From a virus: a DNA stretch of 64,000 nt. Each line of letters opens with the position of its first letter. Position 1 is the first letter of the stretch. The stretch spans positions 2,688 through 66,687 of IMG/VR virus record IMGVR_UViG_3300031933_000117; one strand, written 5' to 3'. The position numbers and the translations under genes are program-made. Positions 55,346 to 64,000 of this stretch are shown here, piece after piece. Below the pieces are notes generated by a model. The model saw nothing but the letters and a program-made list of their open reading frames with translations, did no database searches and was not told the origin of the DNA.

Positions 55346-56301
55346 TTAAACTCAACCTCACACATAATTTCCGTTAGTGCCGCCAAAAGATTTATCTCTT
55401 GGTCCATTACAAAACAACACTGATATTGATATTTAGATATAATAAGAATAGCAGAAGGAATGGTAGATGGCACTAGACATTCATAAAGAGCATCATAAAT
55501 CTTACGAAGAATAGCGGAGGCATCATTATCCAAGTTCTTTACCACCCAGTTTCTAACCTCCGTAAAGTTCTTATCTTTAAGATGTTTCATAAGGTCATTT
55601 ATGGCAATATCAGAAAAGGAAGCAAGAATACCGGAGTCAATTGTTCCGCCGGCAGAATATCGCTGAAGAACATTTAGTAGTTGTCGCGTATCCGGGAAAT
55701 AATTCTTTACGAGTTCGAGTATAACTTTTTTATCATAATCGATTTTTTCCTGTTCGAGTATGTGCGTCATCCTCTTAAAGATGTCGGACATCATCTGTGG
55801 TTTTTCTTCTTTTTGGATGGGCGTATATTTGAGAACAACACATCTTGATTGAATTGGTTCAATAATTTTATTCAGGTTGTTACAGGTAAAAATAAAGCAC
55901 ACATTATTATGAAGTTGCTCTATCACCCCACGAAGACACAGCATTACATCATTTGTGGTCCCATCAAACTCGTCAAAAAACACCACCTTCTTCTTGTCAT
56001 TAAACATCGAAACTGTGGTTCCAAAATTAATGACTTGATTGCGAACCGTATCCAAGTATCTTCCTTCTGAAGACCCATTTAGAAACAAAACATCTTGCTT
56101 TGTGATTTTACATAGTGTTTTGATTGTTTGAGTTTTACCACACCCCTGCGAACCCTGAAGAATAAGATTTTGATTTAATTGACCTTCCTTAGCGACATTA
56201 AGAAAGAACTCCTTAACATTTTTAGTGAGAATCAAATCTTCGACAGATTGTGGTGCCCAACGCTCAACCCAGAGAAATGGTTTATTATCAGTTAATTCCA
56301 T
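55342..56301 (-). CDS. Clamp loader large subunit (gp44-like)
   Basis: WVERWAP, GSQGCGKT, DEFD, SRC. Confidence 0.92.
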   Translation of the reverse strand: MELTDNKPFLWVERWAPQSVEDLILTKNVKEFFLNVAKEGQLNQNLILQGSQGCGKTQTIKTLCKITKQDVLFLNGSSEGRYLDTVRNQVINFGTTVSMFNDKKKVVFFDEFDGTTNDVMLCLRGVIEQLHNNVCFIFTCNNLNKIIEPIQSRCVVLKYTPIQKEEKPQMMSDIFKRMTHILEQEKIDYDKKVILELVKNYFPDTRQLLNVLQRYSAGGTIDSGILASFSDIAINDLMKHLKDKNFTEVRNWVVKNLDNDASAILRKIYDALYECLVPSTIPSAILIISKYQYQCCFVMDQEINLLAALTEIMCEVEFK

Positions 56302-56304
56302 AAT

Positions 56305-56817
56305 TTAATTTATCCACGAAGGTTTTCTTGACGGCATACGAAGATAATTATCTCTAACCCAAGTCTTGGTGTTAATGTAATTCTTGTAAGCAGTAAAAGT
56401 GTCAATAGTTGTATCCAGTTTAATCTCATCTGGCATCGCACGAGCAAAGGGAGTTACTTTATCAATTTTACCTTTTGGGAATAGATAGTATGCCCCCAAA
56501 AGAGTATTATAGCACGAATGAGGTTTTCCGTACCTCAAATGAAACTCATCACACAGGTTCATTCCATGCTTGATTAACCAATAGGCATTATCAATTGATT
56601 TTGCCGCCCACTGGGTACAGGGATGATTGCGAAATGCTCCTTTTTCTGTAGCATATGGTTCTCCATTTTTTTTAGCGAGAGTTCCATAGTTATGATACCA
56701 TTTGGACGCTACGATAGAAAGCATTTGACAGGTTTCTAACGCCATTTTAGTTACGTGGCGGTCAGGAAGTACAATAGCACTCTCCGCTGGATACGGAGAA
56801 GTTACAAAAATATTCAA
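56305..56817 (-). CDS. Pyrimidine-dimer DNA glycosylase (DenV)-like protein
   Basis: MNIF...DRHVTKMALETCQMLS, NHPCTQW, AMPDE. Confidence 0.65.
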   Translation of the reverse strand: MNIFVTSPYPAESAIVLPDRHVTKMALETCQMLSIVASKWYHNYGTLAKKNGEPYATEKGAFRNHPCTQWAAKSIDNAYWLIKHGMNLCDEFHLRYGKPHSCYNTLLGAYYLFPKGKIDKVTPFARAMPDEIKLDTTIDTFTAYKNYINTKTWVRDNYLRMPSRKPSWIN

Positions 56818-56827
56818 AGTTAGTTCC

Positions 56828-57253
56828 TCAAAAACAATACTTTTTGACTACATATTTTACTTCATTTGGTTTATCTTCCATCCAAAATGCTTCCATTTCA
56901 ATTTGCCGAATACTAGGACCAACCAATCTTACAGCAGATTCCACATCTTGCCTTCTTCTGTCAGAAAGATTCATATTAGAAGATGAGATTCCTAATGGAG
57001 TCATAGATTTATTCTTACAGTATTGTGCCAAATGAACTGACTCGTGTAGTAATGTTTCGTTGATGTAATATTTTACATTATCTCTCGAAACAATACGATT
57101 AGTACAAATATTCATAGTTTTTTCGGTTGGACTGAACCACCCATAGATGTCGTGTTTTCTACAAATTGGAGCATTTTCAACTACTCGAATCTTGCGAGAA
57201 ACCATTTGATAGATTTCCATAGATTGAGGAGAAAGATAAAATAAGAAATCCAT
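56828..57253 (-). CDS. Putative zinc metallopeptidase-like protein
   Basis: LLHESVHLAQ HExxH and later EMEA. Confidence 0.55.
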   Translation of the reverse strand: MDFLFYLSPQSMEIYQMVSRKIRVVENAPICRKHDIYGWFSPTEKTMNICTNRIVSRDNVKYYINETLLHESVHLAQYCKNKSMTPLGISSSNMNLSDRRRQDVESAVRLVGPSIRQIEMEAFWMEDKPNEVKYVVKKYCF

Positions 57254-57948
57254 TACTCAAAGGTAGAATCGGGTTCCATCGCAATCCAATAAGAAAGATT
57301 GTATTTGGTGTTTGTAAATTGAGAAAGAAGTTTTTCTGACAGAACTACATCATAAGCACCAGAAATAATCTTACTGAGATTCTCTACTTTGAAATTAAAA
57401 GTAAAGACATTATCAGTCTCTCCCACAACGATAGAATACTCATTAGAGGTATTATTCTTTTTATCACGAACCACCAGACGAATTACTCCTGCTTCACCAA
57501 TCGCAGAAATATCGGGAAGTTGATAGACAGATGCTGCCTTAACAAGTCTTTCGGTAATTCCACTTTCGAGTTGAAAAGAAACATCTTTGGAAGGAAGATT
57601 GATTTGCTTTTCTGGTGGAGAGACGATTACATTTGGATCTGAATAGAAATACTTGACCCTCCGCTTTCCATCACGAATTGTAATGTAACTATCTTCAGAA
57701 AAGTCCAAATCAGGATCCTGATGAAGACTCAATCCATTCAGAAACTGATTTAGGTCATAAATCGCAAAATCACGGGGAAAGTTTTCGGCAATTTCTGCTT
57801 CGGAAAGAATATTTTTGGCGATTGAGATTGTTCTCAATACATTACCTTTCTTAACCAAAATAGATTGATTAATACCAGAGAAGTTTTTGAGAATAGTAAT
57901 CGTGTTTTCAGAGAGTTTCATAGTGTTAGGTTTAAGTTTCATAATCAA
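57253..57948 (-). CDS. Sliding clamp (gp45-like)
   Basis: KLSENTITILKNFSGINQSI, FAIYDLNQFL, YWIAMEPDS. Confidence 0.92.
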   Translation of the reverse strand: MIMKLKPNTMKLSENTITILKNFSGINQSILVKKGNVLRTISIAKNILSEAEIAENFPRDFAIYDLNQFLNGLSLHQDPDLDFSEDSYITIRDGKRRVKYFYSDPNVIVSPPEKQINLPSKDVSFQLESGITERLVKAASVYQLPDISAIGEAGVIRLVVRDKKNNTSNEYSIVVGETDNVFTFNFKVENLSKIISGAYDVVLSEKLLSQFTNTKYNLSYWIAMEPDSTFE

Positions 57949-58370
57949 CGGAATTCGGAGAGACCATTATCCTTACGAGAATAATGCTTATCAAAGTGAA
58001 GTAGTAGCATAGCATAGTGAATGACCTTCAGCAAATCTCGTTTGTTGCGTCCGTCCTTATTCCCATAGCGACTACCATACTTGAGAATATTTGATTGACA
58101 AAATCCGGCGGCAAGTTTTTTGGCTGCCATCAGGTCAATAGTTTGAATGTCTGCGTAATCTTCTTCATCTCCACAGTAATGCCCGCTGTATGTGCTGCTG
58201 ACATAATTTTCAACATCCTTAAGGATTTTATCTTCATTATATTTCCAAAGATGATTTTTTGGTTCGTTCATAGCAGGAGTTTTTGTCAAATCAACATATC
58301 CAGAGTGTTCGTTCATAGTCATTTTATACTCAAGTGATTGCCTTTCATTTTCGGCATTAGAGAAAGCCAT
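57945..58370 (-). CDS. Conserved hypothetical protein (DUF3310-like)
   Basis: HY...FCQSNILKYGSRYGNKDG..DLLKVIHY. Confidence 0.6.
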   Translation of the reverse strand: MAFSNAENERQSLEYKMTMNEHSGYVDLTKTPAMNEPKNHLWKYNEDKILKDVENYVSSTYSGHYCGDEEDYADIQTIDLMAAKKLAAGFCQSNILKYGSRYGNKDGRNKRDLLKVIHYAMLLLHFDKHYSRKDNGLSEFR

Positions 58371-58413
58371 AATTAAGAAAAGTCATAATTAACCTCTCTC
58401 AATTATAGCAGAT

Positions 58414-58917
58414 TTAAGGTTGTTGGTCAAGTTGTTTCTGAATGAGTTTTTGTCGCTCGTCAAAAGAAAGATTTATCCAATAACTATGTTTTACTGCCAT
58501 TTCAGCATCACTATGTTTTTTGTGACAAGTTCTACAAAGGAGACGACACTTCTCAACTTCTTTCCACCACAAGTCTAAAGAACAACCAATTTTTCCAATA
58601 GTTAGGATTTTATGTGCTGGGTCAATATGGTCAAACTCAAGATTTTCAGTTTTTCCACACCAAACACATTTTCCTCCAAGTTTTTCTTTTGCTTGTTCTT
58701 TTAATTGTTTTCTTCGGTTGTTATTATTTTTAGTGTTTTGTTCTTTTAATTTTTCTTTGTTTTTTTCATAATACTTTAAATGCCTATCATTACATTTTTC
58801 TTTATTTTTGGAATAATATTCTCTATCAGCAAGGCGTTTTGCTTCTTTTTGCTCCTCCGTCATTTTTTGACGATATTTTTTATTGTATTCTGATTTTTCT
58901 TCTTTTGTAAGTGCCAT
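58414..58917 (-). CDS. Free-standing HNH endonuclease
   Basis: CVWCG..ENLEFDHIDP...KCRLLCRTCH; basic helical N-terminus; late promoter upstream. Confidence 0.85.
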   Translation of the reverse strand: MALTKEEKSEYNKKYRQKMTEEQKEAKRLADREYYSKNKEKCNDRHLKYYEKNKEKLKEQNTKNNNNRRKQLKEQAKEKLGGKCVWCGKTENLEFDHIDPAHKILTIGKIGCSLDLWWKEVEKCRLLCRTCHKKHSDAEMAVKHSYWINLSFDERQKLIQKQLDQQP

Positions 58918-58977
58918 AATTACCGAAAAGTGCTATTAATATTTATACGAATAACACTTTTCAGTAAAAAAGTTTTA

Positions 58978-60108
58978 TTAGAAAAGAACTTCGTGACCAC
59001 CCTCAATAGTCAGTTCAAGTTCGGTGGGCATCTTAAAATCGGCATCTACTTTATCATACAGTTCAAGAAAAGCAGTTTTAGTTTCATCATCAAAACGATT
59101 AGTACAAACCTGAATTGCCTTTGCCTTATCGCCAAAAATAGCATAAGCACGAATGATATGAACCAAACGACGAGTGCTGATGATTTCTTCAATACCGCCA
59201 TCATAGAAGGTTTTACGAATAATATCCCCCCAATCGCACAATTTCTTACAGAAATCATCAATCTCAGTCAGACCCAGAGTGGCAGCAATACCCTGAAGAA
59301 TACGGATTTCCACAGAACTGGCGGGATAAGGTTGCTCGAAAGTGACCGGGAAGCGTTCCAAGAATGCCTCATTAAGCACGTTGGTGCCGATAAAGCGACC
59401 ATCATCAGAACCCTTACCCTTGGTGTTTGCGGTCGCAATCACATTAAATCCGGCAGCGGGTTTGACGAAGCGACCAATCTTCTTCAGGAAGACACCTTTA
59501 CCTTCCAGAACAGACTGAAGACACAGGATTTTATTGGAAGCAAGGTCAATCTCATCGAGAAGCAATATGGCACCACGCTCAAGTGCTTCGATGACTGGAC
59601 CATTATGCCACGCAGTTTCACCATTCACAAGGCGAAATCCCCCAATCAAATCGTCCTCATCTGTTTCGATAGTCACATTCACCCTAATCATTTCACGTTT
59701 CAACTGAGCACACGCCTGCTCCACCGAGAACGTTTTGCCATTACCCGAAAGACCCGTAATGAATGTAGGGTAAAAGAGACGGGACTGAATAATGCGTTTA
59801 ATGTCAGCAAAATTACCAAACTTGACGAAGGTATCATCTTTATCGGGAATAAGGTCTTGTTGATGGTCGGGAAGAACGGCAACACTCTGAAAAGAACGCT
59901 CGATTTCTTCTACTTTATCTTGTGTGATTTCGAGGTTCCACTTACCACGACCAATCTTATGATGAGAAAGTTTGTTGCTTACGGTTTGGTAGTTAAGACC
60001 ACGAGAGGCACAAAACCCTTTGAGGTCTCCAGAAGTGATTTCTGGACCATAAAGTTCTTGAATGCTTTCAATAAGTTGCTGGTCGTTCACGGATGATTTA
60101 CGAGGCAT
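58978..60108 (-). CDS. MoxR/CobS-like AAA+ ATPase
   Basis: GLSGNGKT, LLLDEID, TANTKG, LNEAFLERF. Confidence 0.88.
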   Translation of the reverse strand: MPRKSSVNDQQLIESIQELYGPEITSGDLKGFCASRGLNYQTVSNKLSHHKIGRGKWNLEITQDKVEEIERSFQSVAVLPDHQQDLIPDKDDTFVKFGNFADIKRIIQSRLFYPTFITGLSGNGKTFSVEQACAQLKREMIRVNVTIETDEDDLIGGFRLVNGETAWHNGPVIEALERGAILLLDEIDLASNKILCLQSVLEGKGVFLKKIGRFVKPAAGFNVIATANTKGKGSDDGRFIGTNVLNEAFLERFPVTFEQPYPASSVEIRILQGIAATLGLTEIDDFCKKLCDWGDIIRKTFYDGGIEEIISTRRLVHIIRAYAIFGDKAKAIQVCTNRFDDETKTAFLELYDKVDADFKMPTELELTIEGGHEVLF

Positions 60109-60180
60109 AATGTAGTTAGGTCGTTTTGTTTAACTGAAGTTATTATACGACAAAAAAGGGGGTCGTGGGACCCCCAGTGG

Positions 60181-60399
60181 TCAGTTTGCCAACTGGTTCT
60201 TCAGGGTTTCAAGGTGCTCCCGACTTACAATTTTCCCAGTATATCCGGGATAAAACTTTTTCACAATCGCAGAAACACCCATCGCAGTAATCGCACTATC
60301 ACAAATTACACACACCTCTTTGGTGGTGTAATTTACAACGTGTTCGAGAGGAAACTTATATTTCATAGTATCAAGCGACCAAAGAAACGAACTCACCAA
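60181..60399 (-). CDS. Hypothetical protein
   Basis: ORF track; likely start MKYKFP. Confidence 0.5.
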   Translation of the reverse strand: MVSSFLWSLDTMKYKFPLEHVVNYTTKEVCVICDSAITAMGVSAIVKKFYPGYTGKIVSREHLETLKNQLAN

Positions 60400-62515
60400 G
60401 AATACGCCTATTCATTTTCTTGGATTTCAGACTTTTCACAAAAGCGGTCTTAATCTGTGATTTAGAGGCATCTTCAGAAACAGAAAACTCCGTGTCCTGT
60501 GATATGGAGGTAGAAGAAATACCAAAATAAGCGTGATATCCAGAAGTCTTAAGAGTAAAACTCTTTTCTTTCTTCCAGGAGTTCATCACATCATCATAAT
60601 CAGACCCAGAGTATCCACAATACCTGCGAATAAAGTTTCCGGCATCACGAGATTCGATTACACGAATACCAATAAAGTTCGTATTCACAAAAGTATCTCT
60701 TAAATTGTGAAGAATGACATCCGTAAATTTCCACCAGGCACTACCCAAAGAATAAGTATTTCCGGTTTTTCGGTCTCTCAAAAAGGAATTTGGTCCAATA
60801 GAACACGTTCCCATATAGGGACTTTCTTCCCATTTGCGTATAAACTCGTGATGATATTTTGGAGCATTTGCCTCACCATCAGTCAAGATTACACACTGGA
60901 CTTTCTGTAGTTTATTTTGTTTCTGAAATTGTGGAAGAATTTGATGAAGAGAAATTAGTGCCTCGTTTAGAGGTGTTCCAGAAAGACTCAATCCCATAGG
61001 AATATTATATTTACAAGAATATGATTCTTGAAAATGATTAGCAAGACGAAAGATATTTTTCATCTGTTCGTCAAGAGTCTTATTATTTACTTTACTTGTA
61101 AAAAGATTCATCATAGAAAAATGTTCTTCTACTCGAATCAAATTATCTTTCTTTTGATATGAAAGTTGCCTAATATTTGACTTACCTTCGGCATCATAAG
61201 AGATCAAAGGATAGTCGTGAGTGAAGGCATAAACCTCAAATGGAATAGCAACTTTTTTACAGAACCAAATCAGATTAAAGAGTTGTTTCACAGTATCTGA
61301 CATTACACTTGCCATCGAACCGGACCAGTCCAAAACAAATACAAGACCATGATTCTTGCCGTCAGCGAGGGTTGTAATCTTCTTAAAGAGGTCCTCACTA
61401 TACTTATATGAATGTATGCGAGAGCAATCAAGAACCCCTGTGCGGGCGGTTGTGGCACGGGCATAGGAGTCTGCTGCCTTGCGACACTCAAACTCTTTCA
61501 CCAGATAATTGACCTCTTTTTGTGCCGACCGCTTAAAATCAACAAACTTACGATCAACCTCGCCAAAAATATCAGAATACTGATATTCATAATGCTCAAG
61601 ATAAGAGGACCAGTGTTCTTTACATTTAGAATGAATCTCGGCATTTGGAACAATAACCCGTTTAAGATCAAGTTGAGGCAATTCCAGATATACACTTTCT
61701 GCCCCAGAACCACCAATCAAGTCTTTAAGGGACTCCTCAAGTGAATCCATCGTTTTGACTTCGGGTTCTGCTTTTTCCGAACCTTGCTGACCGCCTTGTG
61801 ATTGAGTGGATTGGTCCTGCTGTGCGGTTCCACCATAAGAATCAGTTTCACCGGGTTCCTCATTTTCAGATTCCTCACCGCCACCTTCCTCCTGATTCAT
61901 AGCATCAGAAGCACCACTTTGAGAGGTTTCTTTACTATCGGGACTTGATTCGATTTCTTCGTTCTGCTTCTGCTTACAATACTCATAGAGTACCTTTGCG
62001 GCGATTAGAACATCATCGAAAGTTTCGGCATTCGCAATCAAATTGGAGATTTCTGTTTCTTCACCAACCTGAATTGGCACATCAACATAATTACCAATCT
62101 TAAAATAAAGATTTACCCGGTCGGCAAGATTATAAGTTTCGAGATCAGTATCATCGATTAGGAAAAAATCTTGCTCTGCCAGTTCTTTATAACCAGCATA
62201 GAAACTTTTGGGAGAACCAGGATACTTCCTTTTACAAAGTTTTTCGACCCTTACATCCTCACATACATTTATAAATTGTTGAGGAATCTTATGATTCTTG
62301 CTCCAGTCAATATTGGGAGTCCAGAGTGAATGGGAGATTTCGTGAAGAACGAGCATATTATAAACACTATCAGTTGCTTTCTCCCAGAGAGGCAGAGTAA
62401 GACACCGAGTATGGACGTTAAAGCAGGCAGTATCTACTTTTTTGTGCTCCACTATGAGGTCCTCTGTTGCCAGAAGACGGGCAAGTGTTCCTCGTATCTC
62501 AAACTTATCAGACAT
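60371..62515 (-). CDS. CobT-like protein: N-terminal HExxH domain + VWA domain (partner of AAA ATPase)
   Basis: LHEISHSL; LDWSGSM MIDAS, GTPL, LTDGE. Confidence 0.82.
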   Translation of the reverse strand: MSDKFEIRGTLARLLATEDLIVEHKKVDTACFNVHTRCLTLPLWEKATDSVYNMLVLHEISHSLWTPNIDWSKNHKIPQQFINVCEDVRVEKLCKRKYPGSPKSFYAGYKELAEQDFFLIDDTDLETYNLADRVNLYFKIGNYVDVPIQVGEETEISNLIANAETFDDVLIAAKVLYEYCKQKQNEEIESSPDSKETSQSGASDAMNQEEGGGEESENEEPGETDSYGGTAQQDQSTQSQGGQQGSEKAEPEVKTMDSLEESLKDLIGGSGAESVYLELPQLDLKRVIVPNAEIHSKCKEHWSSYLEHYEYQYSDIFGEVDRKFVDFKRSAQKEVNYLVKEFECRKAADSYARATTARTGVLDCSRIHSYKYSEDLFKKITTLADGKNHGLVFVLDWSGSMASVMSDTVKQLFNLIWFCKKVAIPFEVYAFTHDYPLISYDAEGKSNIRQLSYQKKDNLIRVEEHFSMMNLFTSKVNNKTLDEQMKNIFRLANHFQESYSCKYNIPMGLSLSGTPLNEALISLHQILPQFQKQNKLQKVQCVILTDGEANAPKYHHEFIRKWEESPYMGTCSIGPNSFLRDRKTGNTYSLGSAWWKFTDVILHNLRDTFVNTNFIGIRVIESRDAGNFIRRYCGYSGSDYDDVMNSWKKEKSFTLKTSGYHAYFGISSTSISQDTEFSVSEDASKSQIKTAFVKSLKSKKMNRRILGEFVSLVA

Positions 62516-62597
62516 TTAGGTTAGGTGCGTTATGGACCTATTATACGAAAAAAGGGTCCTTATGAGGGACCCCGTGTGCCAGTTTTGGAAGTGGTCT

Positions 62598-63383
62598 TTA
62601 TCTACCTCTTGCTCTGCGGTTACGGGCCCGATAATCTGTAGGAACCTCCATATAACCAGATTTACCTTTACCATAAGGTTTAGAATGATCAATAGAATTT
62701 TCGTAATCACCATCTGCCTGTTTAACTTCTATATTTTTTGCAGCATTCATTCTGTTAATGGATTTTTTATTTGCTTCAATTCTTTCGCGATCTCTTCTAT
62801 CATTCATATTTTCAGTTTCTCCTTGTCTCCTTAACGCATATCCACGATATTCACGATCTACTTTATTTTCTACATCATCTTTCCATTTTGGCTTTTTATA
62901 TACAGTTTTTCCTTTTCTAGTAACTCCACGAATATCATTCCCAGTAATTCTGTCCGCAATAGACCTTCCAGAACCTCTAACTGCCTCGTCAAGAATCTCT
63001 TCTCTCCACTCTTCACTCATATTTGTCATAATCGCAAGTGCCGCTTCTTCGGTGTCGGCAAATCCTTCATCAAGTAGGTGACCTTTAATGATGTCAAAGA
63101 GGTCGGTTTCTTCACCTACAGTTGATTTTACAACTGGACGATATCCACCACTTGCTTTTGTTGGTGTTTTTCTTCCAGGACCAGCAGAAAGAACTGCACC
63201 AATTGCCCGTCCAACTGGATTTGTTTTTATAAACTTATCAGTTGCCTTAGCACCTGCAGCAAGAGTACGTTCTACGGCACCTTGAAAATCTTCATCAAGT
63301 TGCTCTACTTCTTCTTTAGGTTGATGAACCTGCAAATATGCTTCCCATAAACCTACAATTTCTTTGTCTCTCATTTTTTCCAA
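62598..63383 (-). CDS. Late protein, paralog family member 4
   Basis: GLWEAYLQVH, LFDIIKGHLLDEGFADTEEAALAIMTNMSEEW; late promoter upstream. Confidence 0.7.
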   Translation of the reverse strand: MEKMRDKEIVGLWEAYLQVHQPKEEVEQLDEDFQGAVERTLAAGAKATDKFIKTNPVGRAIGAVLSAGPGRKTPTKASGGYRPVVKSTVGEETDLFDIIKGHLLDEGFADTEEAALAIMTNMSEEWREEILDEAVRGSGRSIADRITGNDIRGVTRKGKTVYKKPKWKDDVENKVDREYRGYALRRQGETENMNDRRDRERIEANKKSINRMNAAKNIEVKQADGDYENSIDHSKPYGKGKSGYMEVPTDYRARNRRARGR

Positions 63384-63397
63384 AACTTTTTAATTAT

Positions 63398-63532
63398 TTA
63401 TAAAAAAAAACACTCCGGAGAGTGTTTCTTCTTAAAGGATTTCAATCGTGCCTTTGCTTGACGGAGTGCCTGCGGTTTCAGTTTCCGCTTTTGCTCCTTC
63501 TTGGAATGGTGGAATCGGTTTGGAACTTTCAT
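63398..63532 (-). CDS. 44-aa basic hypothetical protein
   Basis: Read by hand: MKVPNRFHHSKKEQKRKLKPQALRQAKARL... Confidence 0.5.
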   Translation of the reverse strand: MKVPNRFHHSKKEQKRKLKPQALRQAKARLKSFKKKHSPECFFL

Positions 63533-63604
63533 CGGTCTTGTGCTTATGAGAACACAATAATATCTATAATCGCAGTTGTCAAGAGGTCCAGTTGAGAAAG
63601 TGTC

Positions 63605-64000
63605 CTATGCCTCTGTCTTATAGGAAAATCCATTTTTTTTCTCAAACTTAATGATACGATCAAACTTATCCTGTATTCCGTCCTTATGAGAAATGACAAA
63701 AATATTCGCACCCTTAATTACATAACGAATAATCTTAAGAAAACTATCGGTTCCAAACTCATCCAGAGAGGAATCAAAAATCTCATCAAAAATTAATAAG
63801 TTCGTATTGCTTGAGTTTTTTAATCTGGCGACCTCACGCCAGGCAAAAACAATCGCAAGATTAATTTTTGCCTTTTCTCCTTCACTAAAAGAACTATAAG
63901 AAAAATCTTCGTGAATGGGAGACTTTACGGACTCATTAAACTCACTATCAAGATGGAAATTAATATAAAAATCCATCATCTGTAAGTATCGATTTACCTG
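63605..64000 (-). CDS. Recombination endonuclease subunit (gp46-like), C-terminal part
   Basis: FSEGEK signature, LLIFDEIFDSSLD Walker B, VISHK; runs off window end. Confidence 0.9.
   Translation of the reverse strand, partial: QVNRYLQMMDFYINFHLDSEFNESVKSPIHEDFSYSSFSEGEKAKINLAIVFAWREVARLKNSSNTNLLIFDEIFDSSLDEFGTDSFLKIIRYVIKGANIFVISHKDGIQDKFDRIIKFEKKNGFSYKTEA

Noticed and set aside
1-64000. CRISPR array, rRNA or IS transposase
   Set aside because: No regularly spaced repeats or such genes were seen; the repeats found are intron cores, terminator/promoter cassettes or intragenic duplications.

Overview
64-kb segment of an AT-rich T4-like cyanophage (cyanomyovirus, probably freshwater), almost entirely encoded on the minus strand. 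In window order it holds: a partial virion/tail protein; a photosynthesis module (psbA, a 39-aa hli missed by the ORF track); lysis-type hydrolases; an ~11-kb glycosylation island (GT25, two GT11, GT10, GT2s, FkbM, a ColD-like PLP enzyme, GDP-fucose/colitose synthase); Dps, PstS and a cyanobacterial porin; six tRNAs; a family of large acidic/low-complexity late proteins; nrdB/nrdA; and the T4 replication core (gp61, gp41, UvsX, gp43, Hsp20, RegA, gp62, Dam, gp44, gp45, CobS/CobT-like pair, gp46 partial). The window is unusually heavily colonised by selfish elements. psbA is interrupted by four group I introns (one encodes a LAGLIDADG ORF; one exon is only 19 nt) and reassembles into a 360-aa D1. 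uvsX is fractured into two genes carrying the halves of a naturally split intein, with a free-standing HNH gene between them. gp43 is split into two genes by a GIY-YIG gene, with no intein or intron. nrdA carries a one-base frameshift. All family assignments come from motif recognition by eye; no database searches were run.
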